Shown one piece after another: positions 21,730 through 33,400 of a stretch of 64,000 nt of DNA. Location: the NCBI RefSeq assembly GCF_001447785.1, contig NW_015172003.1, forward strand, positions 1,372,708 to 1,436,707, given 5' to 3'. Each line of letters begins with the position of its first letter. Position 1 is the stretch's first letter. The position numbers and the translations under genes were made by a program. The notes under the pieces were generated by a model, which had not been told where the DNA came from, did not search any database, and worked only from the letters and a program-made list of their open reading frames with translations. Source of the stretch: Gekko japonicus (taxonomy: Eukaryota).

Positions 21730-22556
21730 ACTATGAAACTACAAGACTTGGTTGTATAAGCCTTGTGAAGTAAAGACTGTAGAAGAATTTGCATTATTTA
21801 AGACTGTGATGAACTTGTCTGCTGGAAGAAGCAACATAAACTATGTCTCAACCTTCAAGTAACTGCTGTTTCAAGTCTCACTGGAAAATGCTGGACTCTG
21901 AAATCATGGATTTGATGGTGGTGGGGGGGGAGAGTTTGGTTTTAATTCAGGTAAGTGTACAGATAGTCTCTCTTATCCTCAGCAAGAAAATGATTAGTCA
22001 GGTCTAAAATGCAGAACCAGTTGTAAAAAGCAAAGGTAAACAACATTGTTAACAACTTTTCAAAAGCACTTACTTTGTCATTTCCCCAAGTTTGAACACT
22101 TTCAGTAGGAGTTTCCACATGGAACTGTGGGTTCTTCTATAATGTGGAGAGAGAATACAACTAGCTATTTGGCCTATGTGAGTTACCTAATTTATTCTAA
22201 AGAGGACAGTATAGATTGAGTATAGGGAGGCCTGCAGACATAATTTGAATGATGCTTTAGAGACGGACCTTTTACAGATGTGACAATCTTTAATAGGGAT
22301 GCTGTTTTACGTCCTCTGTAAGATTACTTTGGGACAGAAGCACAGCATCACCTCCCCATAAAGTGTATACTAGAGTAACACCACATTGCTTTTCTGTAAT
22401 GGGTTAGTAACTGTAATTCAGGCTTTCAGTTACAACACAGCTTGAGCTGTTTACCAGTTGTTGAATTCCAGCAGAAAATTAATGAGCCACTCGTTTGTAA
22501 AAAGGCAACTGCCATAGTTTTGCATTTTGTACAGTTTTATATTTTTGATATTTTGT

Positions 22557-22562
22557 AATAAA
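22557..22562 (+). terminator. Probable TAF5 polyadenylation signal
   Basis: AATAAA about 830 nt after the stop, preceded by U-rich/TGTA elements (TTTTGTACAG, TTTTGTA). Confidence 0.65.
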
Positions 22563-23574
22563 GACAAATTATGCTGTGCAATTCTTACAATGAAATATTG
22601 CTGCGGTGTCTGTTAGAACTAATACCATCAAGCTTTATCTTCCCATGGAAAAGTGGAACAATTAATTTTAAGGAAAAATTGTGGGTCAATAAAACTTCTA
22701 AGTTTCTCCCCCAGTCACTTATGTAATGGTTCCTCTTGATATTTACCACTGGACTGAAACATACACATTTGCATATACCCTTTCTTTTAGGGGACGGGGA
22801 GAAGCTAGTTAAGCATTTCCCTCTGACAAGGTATGTGGTTACAGCACAGTAACTATACACCTACAGTTAGCTAATATGAGGGACATCTATTTCTGTTAAG
22901 TATTCCCTGACCCATTGTATATAATTGGTAAAAACTGGTCATTGTAGCCCTTGGGTCTTTCTGCAGTGCAGAATATATAGCTATTTAAAAGGGAACAATC
23001 CTGAAATTAAGGCTGTGTTACATTTCCTTGATGAGTGACAGCTTAACTTTACCAGAAGCAAGGGCAAATAACTGGATAGGTAAATGCTACTTTATATCCT
23101 GGAAAATAAACATCTGTACTGCTTACACAGTAATATAACTGTATTGACTGTAGGCCTGAGGGCGAAGGGGATATTCTACATGAAATCTACATATTGACTT
23201 GGAAGAGAAGTAGAGGTGTATGCTGATGGTACTTAGGCTCTACTCAGACAACATCTGTGTTTGACAACATCTGTGTTCTTATCAACAGGAGTATGTGATA
23301 CTTTCATTAGTTATTCCTGATTTACAAGAACACTAAGTAACATAGAAAACCTGCAAGAATTTCATAATTTGGTTAGTAAGCTCTCATTTTGTTAAGAACC
23401 ACTGCTCCACCAAACAAGATGAGGATCACAGAACTCTTTGTAAAAGGCAAAATGCAAGTGCAATACTCAGAAATATTAACAAAAGATATGGCATTTTAGC
23501 CCCAGTTGTGTTTTCAAGCAGTTTTTAAAATCTGTAATTTTTCTTAATATAATGCAGGAATATTATCTTTAACA

Positions 23575-23613
23575 NNNNNNNNNNNNNNNNNNNNNNNNNN
23601 NNNNNNNNNNNNN
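23575..23613. other. Assembly gap (39 N)
   Basis: Run of N characters. Confidence 1.
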
Positions 23614-23984
23614 AACACCAATCAGTACAAAACTGTGTTATGCAAAATGTCCCTGGGCCTGCCAGTAAAAAGCATTTCCGGCAAATTTCATTTCATTTCC
23701 TGCCCAAGTTCATGAAACAGCCAATCTAATAGAATAGAAATCTTAAAATATACTGCACTCATACTGCAACTGGATTGACAGCAGTTTCAATTTACATTTT
23801 AAGCAGGATAACAGTGCAATCTGTTGCAGAAATGCAGGAATATCTGACAAAGGATTACCCTTGCCTATGCTCTAATACCTATTTTCAGGATAGATACAAC
23901 AGGCACTTTAAATAACTTGTACACTTTAGATGTGCATTTTTTATGTAGAACAGTCACTTCACTACTGGCAATGTGTACAGAAGA

Positions 23985-24086
23985 CAAACCCCATCATTGT
24001 TCATGATTTATTTGAACTGTACATCAATTTTTGCTGACTGCACCAATACAACACTGGAAGTTCACTATCAGCAGCACATCAACAAC
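23985..24086 (-). other. ATP5MK: ATP5MK terminal non-coding (3'UTR) exon with polyA signal
   Basis: Minus-strand acceptor TCTTCTTTTTTTATCAG| at 24087/24086 and AATAAA at 24012-24007; upstream donor GG|GTAAGT at 24779/24778. The 3' end is approximate. Confidence 0.65.
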
Positions 24087-24529
24087 CTGATAAAAAAAGA
24101 AGATGGACTGTTAGAATCTAATTTATAGGCATCAGACAAAGCGATATTGAAAGCATCCATCTCATGCTTTTTTTCTGCGAAAATTCCTCAGTAATGTCTC
24201 AATGAAGAATTGCAGGACTTAAGTTACAGAGCTGCACACTGTAGGAGAAAGCTAAATTACAAAGTAACAGACAAACATTTAGTGAATTCAACCTTAGGGT
24301 ATTTTACTAGTGTGGTTCTGTAAACCCCAGTTCCAATGCCTCACATTTACATGTAACATTTGCTTACAAAGAGTACATGTTTGTGCTAATTAAGGAAAAT
24401 CAGAAAGTTTGTCAGGGAAAAAACGAGATTTTTTTCCTCATTTCCGTGTTTAAACTAGAAACAGCACAAGCTTGGAAACAAGAAATAATCTGTGAGCAAT
24501 GACTTTATGCTGTTTTTAAAGCCAACTGC

Positions 24530-24727
24530 ATTTTTTTTTTGACAGCAAGTTACAAACAACTTATGGCAACCATATAGGGTTTTCAAGGCAAGAAACATTC
24601 AGCAGTGGTTTGCCATTGCCCGCCTCTACGTAGTACCCCTGGTATTCCTTGGCGGTCTCCCATCCAAATACTAACCTGGGCCAATTCTGCTTAGATCTGA
24701 AAAGACTGGGCTATTCAGGTCAGGGCA
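24530..24727 (-). mobile_element. 5S rRNA-derived SINE in the ATP5MK 3'UTR intron
   Basis: Reverse complement contains CTAAGCAGAATTGGCCCAGGTTAGTATTTGGATGGGAGACCGCCAAGGAATACCAGGG, the family tail and an A-run. Confidence 0.8.
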
Positions 24728-24783
24728 ACTAAAGTATTTTTTGCTAAATGTCAGTAACGAAAGATGGTAGATACTTACCCACT

Positions 24784-25048
24784 TTATTTTTCTGTTACAG
24801 CTGGTGTTTGTTTCTGTTTCTTAGGCCTTAGTTTGAAGTACAGGATGACCATTGCAATGCTTGTATATGTGGCTATTACATACTGAAAACAAAAGGATAC
24901 TATGAATAAAAGCAAACACATTTCAGAAGCATGCTTTATGGTTATCTGAATGCACACTTACATTCCTTCGGCCAATCAGGGTGTAAGAGTTAAAGTATTT
25001 TTGAAACCCTGTGAATTGCGGATGTGATCCAGTATCGTGCCCTGCCAT
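24784..25048 (-). CDS. ATP5MK: ATP synthase membrane subunit k (DAPIT/USMG5), 2 coding exons, 61 aa
   Basis: Exons 25048-24962 and 24882-24784 with a 79-nt GT-AG intron give MAGHDTGSHPQFTGFQKYFNSYTLIGRRN-YVIATYTSIAMVILYFKLRPKKQKQTPAVTEK*, matching the DAPIT motifs QFTG.KKYFNSYT..GR.N and LYFKLR; syntenic between TAF5 and PDCD11. Confidence 0.96.
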
Positions 25049-27229
25049 CACTGCTTGTCCTAGATTTAAAAATAAAGATTTAATAGTGTGTCTTTTAACT
25101 GTTTTCTTGCCAAAGTGGAAAATTGTGATATAACTACTCACTTTATTCCATTTATCTGTATTTAAGATGAGAGCATTAAACAAACACTAAATCTAGTATT
25201 ACTAAACAAACACTAAAACGAGTAGTACTAAAACTAGAGAAGGAGCTCTACCAAAAGGTAAGATTCTTTTAAGACCTGCTTCCATGTAAACAGAAGTTAC
25301 TGTTGATGTGAATGTCCTCTGCCTCAGTATGTTAAGATACAGTGACATGTGGACGGACTAGTAAAAGGTATAGTGACTTCCATGGAATTAATTGCAGAAC
25401 TGATGTAATAATTAACTGTATTTGAAACTAGAAAAATTCATGTAATAAGTTTGTTAGTACCCCAGGCCAAAATATACCATCGATGTCTAATTTTGATAGG
25501 GTCAATGTGCAAAAAGTAGAATAATATAAAGCAACCTTATTTCTCTCAAGTAAAAGAGAAAATAAATGTCTACTCTGGTGAATTGCAGCAAAGTTCTGAA
25601 AAATGCATTTGTGAATTTAGGAGCATATATTCTGCATGTTTCCTTGGAAAGCAACAGCCTTCAAGATGTTTCCAAGAAAGGATATGATCTTATACAACAC
25701 TTTTTTGATGTAGCAGCTGTCATTTTTCAAATCAGGACTTGTGGTACCGCTAGAATATTTCTACTGCACACATTTTTTACCCTAATGAACTGTAACAACT
25801 AAGAACCACCTCAATAAATTTAATATCTGCTACATTGAAAGTATTTAATACAATGGCAGCCTTCTATATGCTGCTGCTTCCTAGTTCATTTTCTCAAAAA
25901 GTCAGATAATTGATTCCAAATACACCTGCAATCATTGCTGTTCAGCAATATTCCTAGGGAAGAGAGTCGAATCAGGAGCAAATTCAAAACTCATGCAAGG
26001 GAGGCAGTTAGCAGGTTCTGGTATGCAACAGCAACTTACTAGAAGCTTCTTGGGTTCAGTTCAAACTCCTTAACTGGACACAAATGCAGACGGAAATTGT
26101 TTTGATACTGCAAACCTAAAAAAGGATAAAATGGCACTCATCCTTCATATTTTGAAAAAAGGGAGTAACACATATCTATTTATTACATTTTTATCCAACT
26201 CTTCCTCCAAGGCGTTCAGGGTGGCATACGTTGTTCTTTTCACCTCCAATTTACCCCCACAACAATCCAGTAAAATAATTCAGTGACACAACAACATTTC
26301 AGGAACACATACACACCATGATGACATGGTAGTTCACAGATCCATTTTGTCCTTACAACAACCCTGTGAAGTAGTTTAGTTGCTACGGTGACCAGTCCAA
26401 GATTATCCAAAGAGCTTTATGGTCAGGTATGGATTCGATCCCAGGTTCCAGTCCGTCATTTAACTTGCTCCTCTACACAGACTCACCAGTTACCCACAAT
26501 CAGGCCCATAGCCCCTGGTGGGGCCCATGGGGTAATGCCTCGTCCTGAATCTACCCCACTGCTCCATGCTCCTGCCATTCTCTGACCCCAAAGAGTCTGC
26601 CCCTGTCAGCTCATGCTGACTGCAGCCATGGCTACAGCAGCTGTGGTGTGCAACAGGAGCCTGGGGGGGCACAACACTGCCACAAATGAGCAAGAGGTGC
26701 CTGGGTGGGCCACTGTGACAAGCCCCAGAGCAGAGTGGACGGCAGGCATAGCAAGTAGCTTGCCGAACTCGTCGCCCTGACTGCCTTCTCCATGCTGAGA
26801 ATGCTGGAGAGGGTGGAGAGCCTGGCTCAGCCTAATAAGTGACTGGAGCAATGAGGGAAACCCAGCATAACCCCCCACATGCCTACATCCCTTTCGGAAG
26901 TGACATAAGTGTGTGGGGGCAATGCCCCCCATGGATAATGTTCTAGCTATGCGGCTGCCCACCATGCTTAAATGGAACAGACCACGAATTCACTGCACTG
27001 TAGGCAAAGCCCAGTCACACATGCATCAATTTACCCATAAAAATATTCACTACACTGAATTACTAGCAATAATAACTGCTCCCATAAAAGAATATCAAAG
27101 ACGACATACAGATTATGATAGCATACTAGATCATGGTTCCCACCACCCTTAGACCAAGCCACCTGACAAGGATCTGGATATCTCATTTCCGCAATTAAAT
27201 CAATACTTGGCCTTAAGCAAGATCAGTAT

Positions 27230-27375
27230 GGGTAGCAGTAGCGCAAGAGTCCAGGAGCACCTTAAAGGTAAAGGTTCCCTTGCAAAATATGTTGCAGGGT
27301 ATAAGCTTTCGTGAGTATCTGAAGAAATGAGCAGTCACGAAAGCTCATACCCTGCCACATATTTTTCTAGCCTTA
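27230..27375. mobile_element. Inverted Penelope-like terminal-repeat remnant with hammerhead motif
   Basis: 31-bp inverted arms 27284-27314 / 27335-27365; plus-strand GTAT-CTGAAGA...GAAA-GCTC-ATAC at 27315-27350. Confidence 0.65.
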
Positions 27376-27539
27376 AACAAAAATATCAATATAAGCCTCT
27401 CTCGTATGAGGATAATTATACCGACCTACCCCACAAGTTTGCTGTTAGGATCTCAATAAATAATGTACGGAATGCATACAAGAAAGGGTACTACTAACGA
27501 GAGAGAGGAGACATCCGAGACAATGTATCTCACACAAAA

Positions 27540-27950
27540 ACAACTCACGCTTCCACCGAGGCAAAACACCCCGAGCTCACGGACCCTTCTACTCCAGGTA
27601 ACAACCATTCAATGTCCTTCACGCACAAGATGGCGTTGCTCAGACCTTCCGCTTGCCCTGACGAATAAGGCGGAACGGCTTCAGGAAACTGTCCCTTGAT
27701 TGGCTAACTGATGTGCTCTTCGTTATCTGTCCCTTCCTCTCTATGACATCCAGTTGTTGCTTAGCGCTACGGTTGCGGGGTGCTCACGGGTATGCTTCCT
27801 GTTGACCTTTCCCGGTCTTTACCTTATGGCGTTTTGATTTCCGGGTTACGAAGTCTTATGCTCTCACATGTGCGGCTGAACTACGTAACTGTAGCGTTTT
27901 GCTACTCTTGGACAAGGGGAGAAGGTGAGAGGAGCGAGCCTATTGGGTGA
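27540..27950. promoter_or_regulatory. Bidirectional promoter and non-coding first exons of ATP5MK (-) and PDCD11 (+)
   Basis: Local CpG enrichment; YY1 motif CAAGATGGCG near 27626-27635; ATTGG (CCAAT) near 27699-27703; minus-strand donor-like GTGAGT at about 27548; plus-strand donors AAG|GTGAGA (27924) and TGG|GTGAGC (27946). Confidence 0.7.
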
Positions 27951-28340
27951 GCTGGGAAGGAAACATTGGGAAAGGAAAGGGTGGGATACATGAGCTACGC
28001 GATTATTTGGAGAGGTGGTCTAGTGTACTGACTAGAGGGTGGGTTTGTATGCCGCAGAATGTGGGGGCAAGATGGGTTGCACCAATGCAGAACGCGGGAG
28101 GAGGTTCCCTTTTTAAAGATGCTGCTGAGTATCCCCATACTAATAAATCTAAGCCGGCAGAGTCGTGTCCCGACTTTTTGTCCCTTGAGCCACTGTTTTT
28201 CAGGCATTGAACCTTTTGTTTGGGAAAACTTTTTAAAAATAGTACCTCATACTTACAATATGAAGAGGGTGCCATTTCTTATCCTCAGAATTTCGCCGCC
28301 TCAGAGTAGGTAATGTTTAAAAGGGCCTAGAGATGGGGTG

Positions 28341-28556
28341 CCCCTTCTCTGGATGGACCAGGCTAGCCCGATCTCGTCAGATCTCAGACACTAAGCAAGG
28401 TCTGCCATGATTAGTACTTGGAGGGGAGACCACCAAGAAAGTCTGGGGTTGCTGTGCAGAGGCGTACAATGGCAAACCGCCGCTGTTTTCTTGGCTTGAA
28501 AACCCAGTGAGGGGTCACCATAAGTTGGTTATGACTTGACTGCACTTTCTGCCACC
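28341..28556 (+). mobile_element. 5S rRNA-derived SINE
   Basis: GCCCGATCTCGTCAGATCTCAGACACTAAGCAAGG...TTAGTACTTGGAGGGGAGACCACCAAG plus family tail; a further 5'-truncated copy near 49630-49780. Confidence 0.8.
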
Positions 28557-30409
28557 AGAGATCTGTGATTGATGCTAATGTGCCACCCCAATCTGTCCAG
28601 TTTATAGGGTCTTCTGTTTTTTCTCTCATAAAGGTCACAGGAGTATTGTGGCCAAGTGGTGCTTTTGCAAATCTTTTGATGCTGCAAATGCTGACATTTT
28701 TAATAGTTATGTGTATAAAAAATGCAACTGAGTACACATTTCATGCATTTGATGGGGAGTGCAAGACCATCAAGCTTGTATGTTTTGCTGTAACAGACTT
28801 GAATATGGTTCTTTGGATTCTTGTGGAGCAAAGAGAAGCATGTGTAATCATAAAAATTAGGGAGTGGGTAGTGATTATACGTACGGCCTGCCCTAGCCCT
28901 GTTTTGTATAAGAAATCAAATAGGTTTGGTCACTTAATAGTCACCACCTGAAACTATGGTCATTCACCAGTAGTCCGCCTTTTCATTCCTGTTATAGCTA
29001 TTTATTATTTCTCCAGCTTCTTTGATGTTTTTTGCATCTACGTTTGCCTTTGCTCCCATTTTCATTCCATATTTTGTGGTTGCATCAAAAGTCCCAAGCA
29101 AAACAACAACAAAAAACCCCTAACTATGATTGAATTTTTAGATCTACAGGTGAGAAAATTAGGCTCAAATCCTTGTTTAATTATTAACAAAGTATTCCAG
29201 TGATAGTCCTTTCTTTAGGTCTACTGTAATAGAAAACAGACACCTATCTGGTTGTCTGTGGTGAGTTAAGTCTTGCCTCCCGGCAACTGCTTTTAAAAAA
29301 ATATTTTACTCATTTATGGTCTTGCACAGATAAATGTGGGCACATGACAGTAAAAATGTGCAAGACTGGCATGCAGTTTTGAATCTGAGTGGTTTTGGCT
29401 CTGTCCTTCCTTTAATCAATGCAGTATCAGTTATTTGAAAATCATGGCATGTAAATAGTTAAAAAAAATATAGCATCTATTCCTTTAATAATTGCATATG
29501 CAGAAATCAACAAGTCCTTTCTTGACAGTGATGAGGAAAGCCGCTTTTGCTGATTTCTGCCGCTTAACCAGTTAACGAGGTTATAAGATCTCAGTCTGTA
29601 AACTAGATGACAAATTTACATAAAGACATTGCTGAACAATATGAAAGCAGTCAGTGCCTTATGTTTTCTGTCTAGCTGTTATCTTTTCCAACCAGCAAGT
29701 GAAGGAAGCTAGTAGTGCAGTGCTTGCAAAGTGTTCTGAGCCGTGGAACTCTGTAGAGGTTATATATAGTGTAGAAAAGTGACTTTTTAACTTCTTTGAC
29801 ACCTAGGGTTCTACCTTTGCCCCATCGGCAACATGAAACGCACTTCTGATTTTTGCTCATCTTCCTTTCCCTTTGGGTGTATCTAGGAGCTACAAAAATA
29901 CATTTATGTTTTATATTCATTTATCAAGGGAAACAATTATAGAAATTGTAGTTTGATGATGTGCTGCAGTTCTAAGAACTCATTACTAGTCAGTTGGCTC
30001 AAAAGGGTGTAACTCTGCTCAGGATTTCAGTATAAGACCTGCAGTACCCTGTAGAGAGTTAATGACTTGTTCTAGTTACTTAAAGTCAGTAGTGCAGCTG
30101 TACCATCTCTCCTTTCTTGTCTCAGAATATTGACAAAAACAAAACAATGGTAATAGAGCCACTAGTGTGATTCATGTTGTTATGAATTGACAAGACGACG
30201 GGTATAAAATGCATCTGTCTGAGTGCCCCAACACATCAGGGAGAGTTGATTTATTTTAATTAGTAATTATTAAAAATAATTTTTTTATTATACTTAATGC
30301 TTTCTGTCATTTTAGACATGCAATTATGTTTGTACATATTTATCTTACCTTTACGGGTAAAGTTTGTTCATGCAGACAATTTTGTGGCTTTCTTCCCAGA
30401 AAGACAACC

Positions 30410-33400
30410 ATGTCTTCTATAGAAGAGAACTTCCCTCGAGGGGGCACCCAGAAGACAACACAAGATGGAAAAGCAGCCAAACAGCCAAAAATGGATCAGG
30501 ATAATTTATTCAAAGTAATGCAAATTATAAACCTATGAAAGGTCCAGTATCCAAGGCACAGTTCTTTCCCAGGCCTGTAACCTCAGATCTGTTTAACTGG
30601 AGAGGCCAGGGACTGAATCTGTGACCTTCTGCATGGTGGATTAGACTCTACTTTTAAACTGTAGCCCCAGATTTATATTTCCTATTATATTTAAGAGCTT
30701 GGCTCAAGTATGGAATTTAGTACTGTGATTATTTTTCTTAATGAAATCTGGAATCTGACATTGTTCATATTAGTTTAGGATTTTATGTTGAAACCCAATG
30801 ACATACTCACAAATGGAAGAGTTGGAGAGAAAGATATTGACAAGATATAGGTGCAATTTCATTGTATTCAGTAGTGCTAATGCCCAAGTATTTGCTTATC
30901 TCATTTCATGTTGGTGATTCCCAAGACTTGAATGAACATAATGATTTTTCAACATTTCTTTCACTAACCATACTGAGTTACTCTCAAAATGTCTTGAAGC
31001 AGAATTGTCTTATGGAGGGCAAAGTGCTTATAATGCAAATTTGTGAAAGCATGTAACCCAGGGTTTAACTAAATTCTGTTAGATTAGAATCTGTATGCAT
31101 GCCTGTTAGATTTCAAGATTTAAGCCACTCCTCAGATATCCATGTAGAAAATAACATTAGTTTTACATTTTCATTTTCTGTGATATTCTAAGCATGTTAT
31201 GTTGAAAATGCTTAAATTTCTGATATGCTTAAGCATTTTGAATGTTAGGTCTCTGTGATTTGCTATTCCCAAGGCATTTTCATGTGGGGAATGCAATGGG
31301 TCATCTGAACCTTTGACAGATTTTTCTTCAATAGATTAGATATTATTCCTGTGATTGTGACTGAAAGTGTATTCATAATAGTAGCCTTCCTTAATTATTG
31401 TCAATGCAAATTCAACCCAGGAGAAAGACTGCACATTCACATGAGGAGGTTTTGAGTTTCAGAATCAGTCTTTACTTGCAATGAAATTAATCTGTTGCAT
31501 AGGGAAGCATCTGTCCTTGTGTATATGTTAAGTTTTTTTAAAAAAATCTGTTTTAGACACATGAAGAGCAAACTCCGAAAAGAAAGAAAACCCAGCAAGA
31601 TCAAGCAAAACCAAAAAAACTCAAGACAGAGAAGAAAGCAGTTTTAAAAACCAATGCAAAGGATTTTGAACTTCTGACATCTGAGGTTAGGCATATTTTT
31701 TTATAATGTTTTGATCCTCAAGAGCTATATTTCATATTGTATCCTAGGGATCAGTTGTAGATTATACACTATAGTGGTCTTGGGAACTAATCTGTATATT
31801 ATCTAGAAGGTGATTGTAAACTTCAAGGCTCCTTCAGGATCATCCATGTCATGGTCAAATGTGTAAAACATCTGGGATATGCTTGTCTCCCATAGTCACT
31901 CATTGTTTGTATTCATTCAACAGTCTCTCACTAATGGAATGCTGGTCTTGGGCTGTCTGAAAGAGTGTAATGAGTATGAGCTTACAATCAGCTTACCAAA
32001 TGGGCTTTCTGGAAATGTACAGGTGACACGCATATGTGAGGCTTACAGCAAAATGCTGAGTGAGCAGGTGGCCACAGATAAGCCAGTAGAGGTAAGACAT
32101 GGTGAATGATGATGATCGAATTCTGCAGGTACCAATCAAGATTCCCAGAAGCGGATTTCTTCTTTTCTTTTTTAAAATTTCTATTATACTTTAAAAATTA
32201 AAAATTGAAACTAATCTATATAGATCCGGCATTTAAAAAAAATTCGCCATGTTGCTCTAAATAGTTCAATATAGGGTACCAAATAGACTCAAAATCTGAT
32301 TTATACTTCTCAAAGCAGGTTTCTTCTATTCTACAGGGAATTCCTGCTCTTCTTGCCTGCTCTGTTGCTTCCTTTTGCTCTGCGTAGTCTGTCCTGAAGC
32401 AATGGCATACAGTTGTGCTGCGATAAGATATAAAGAATCAATTAGATGTTATATATACCCAATTGTAGTCTAAAAGCAATCATATTCTATGTTCCATCTT
32501 ATCTGTTTTATATGTCAATGAAAGACTGATTGATTGACTTAATATTTAATGCAGATTTTGGTCAGCTACTATAACAATTGACACCCAGTAATATTGCATA
32601 TTATTGTGCGTTTACTGTTTTGCACAATACAAGAAGTTCTGAATGCACATTGAAAGTAAGATCTTGTCAGTTCAATGGAAAGAAAATGTGTGTTTTCCTT
32701 TGAACCCCCCTCCCAGCCCATGGGGCCTTGCAGTGAAAATACAATAGCTCAGAGCTGACCAGCTGCTGTCTTTATACAGTTTCTATCTCCATTACATTTT
32801 ATGGCCCACATGGCCCATCCTGACAAAATGGCATTTATTTCAGATCCGGCTCTCGTAACAAATGAGTTTGACACCTTTTGCCCTAACTGGTGTCTCACAG
32901 ACAGGTGGCCATAGCACAAGAGGAAATGTATGCCTCCTCAGTTGCCACCTGGGATCCATCCTGGCCCATTGCTGCCCCTGGCTGGTTTGATGCCCCAACC
33001 AGTCCTGATCTAATGAAGTGGGCTGTGGCTCACAAAAGCTTCTGATATAACAAATTTGTTGGTCCTGCTGTTATTTTTGTGGCAATAGACTAACATGGCT
33101 ACTCCTCTGAAAACAAAACTACTTTTTCATACACTGTTCTGGGACCTTGAGTCATATCTTTTTGCAATTTCTGTTTGGAGCAGAAGTTGCAAGTAATGTT
33201 CAAATATCAGTTTGATATCGCCTTCAGTCTGCCTCCTATATTAGAGAGAAATTAAGCTTTGGACAGCTGAATGGCTGTATCTCAACCTGCTCAATTTTCT
33301 TCTTGGCACATTCAAACAAATTATTATGATGCTACGGGCAGTGCAGTTCATATGGGTAGGCTTTTCAGTCAGTAGTTCGATATCACTATTGATTTGGAGT

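Noticed and set aside
26388-27152. Cluster of 65-119-aa ORFs in ATP5MK intron 1
   Set aside because: No recognisable domain or consistent splice signals; GC-richer, probably a decayed repeat.
25060-27540. MIR1307 orthologue expected from human synteny
   Set aside because: No sequence resembling the GC-rich mammalian hairpin was seen.
29528-29600. C/D box snoRNA (GTGATGA...CTGA)
   Set aside because: The CTGA is only about 15 nt after the C box, with no proper D box or terminal stem at snoRNA length.
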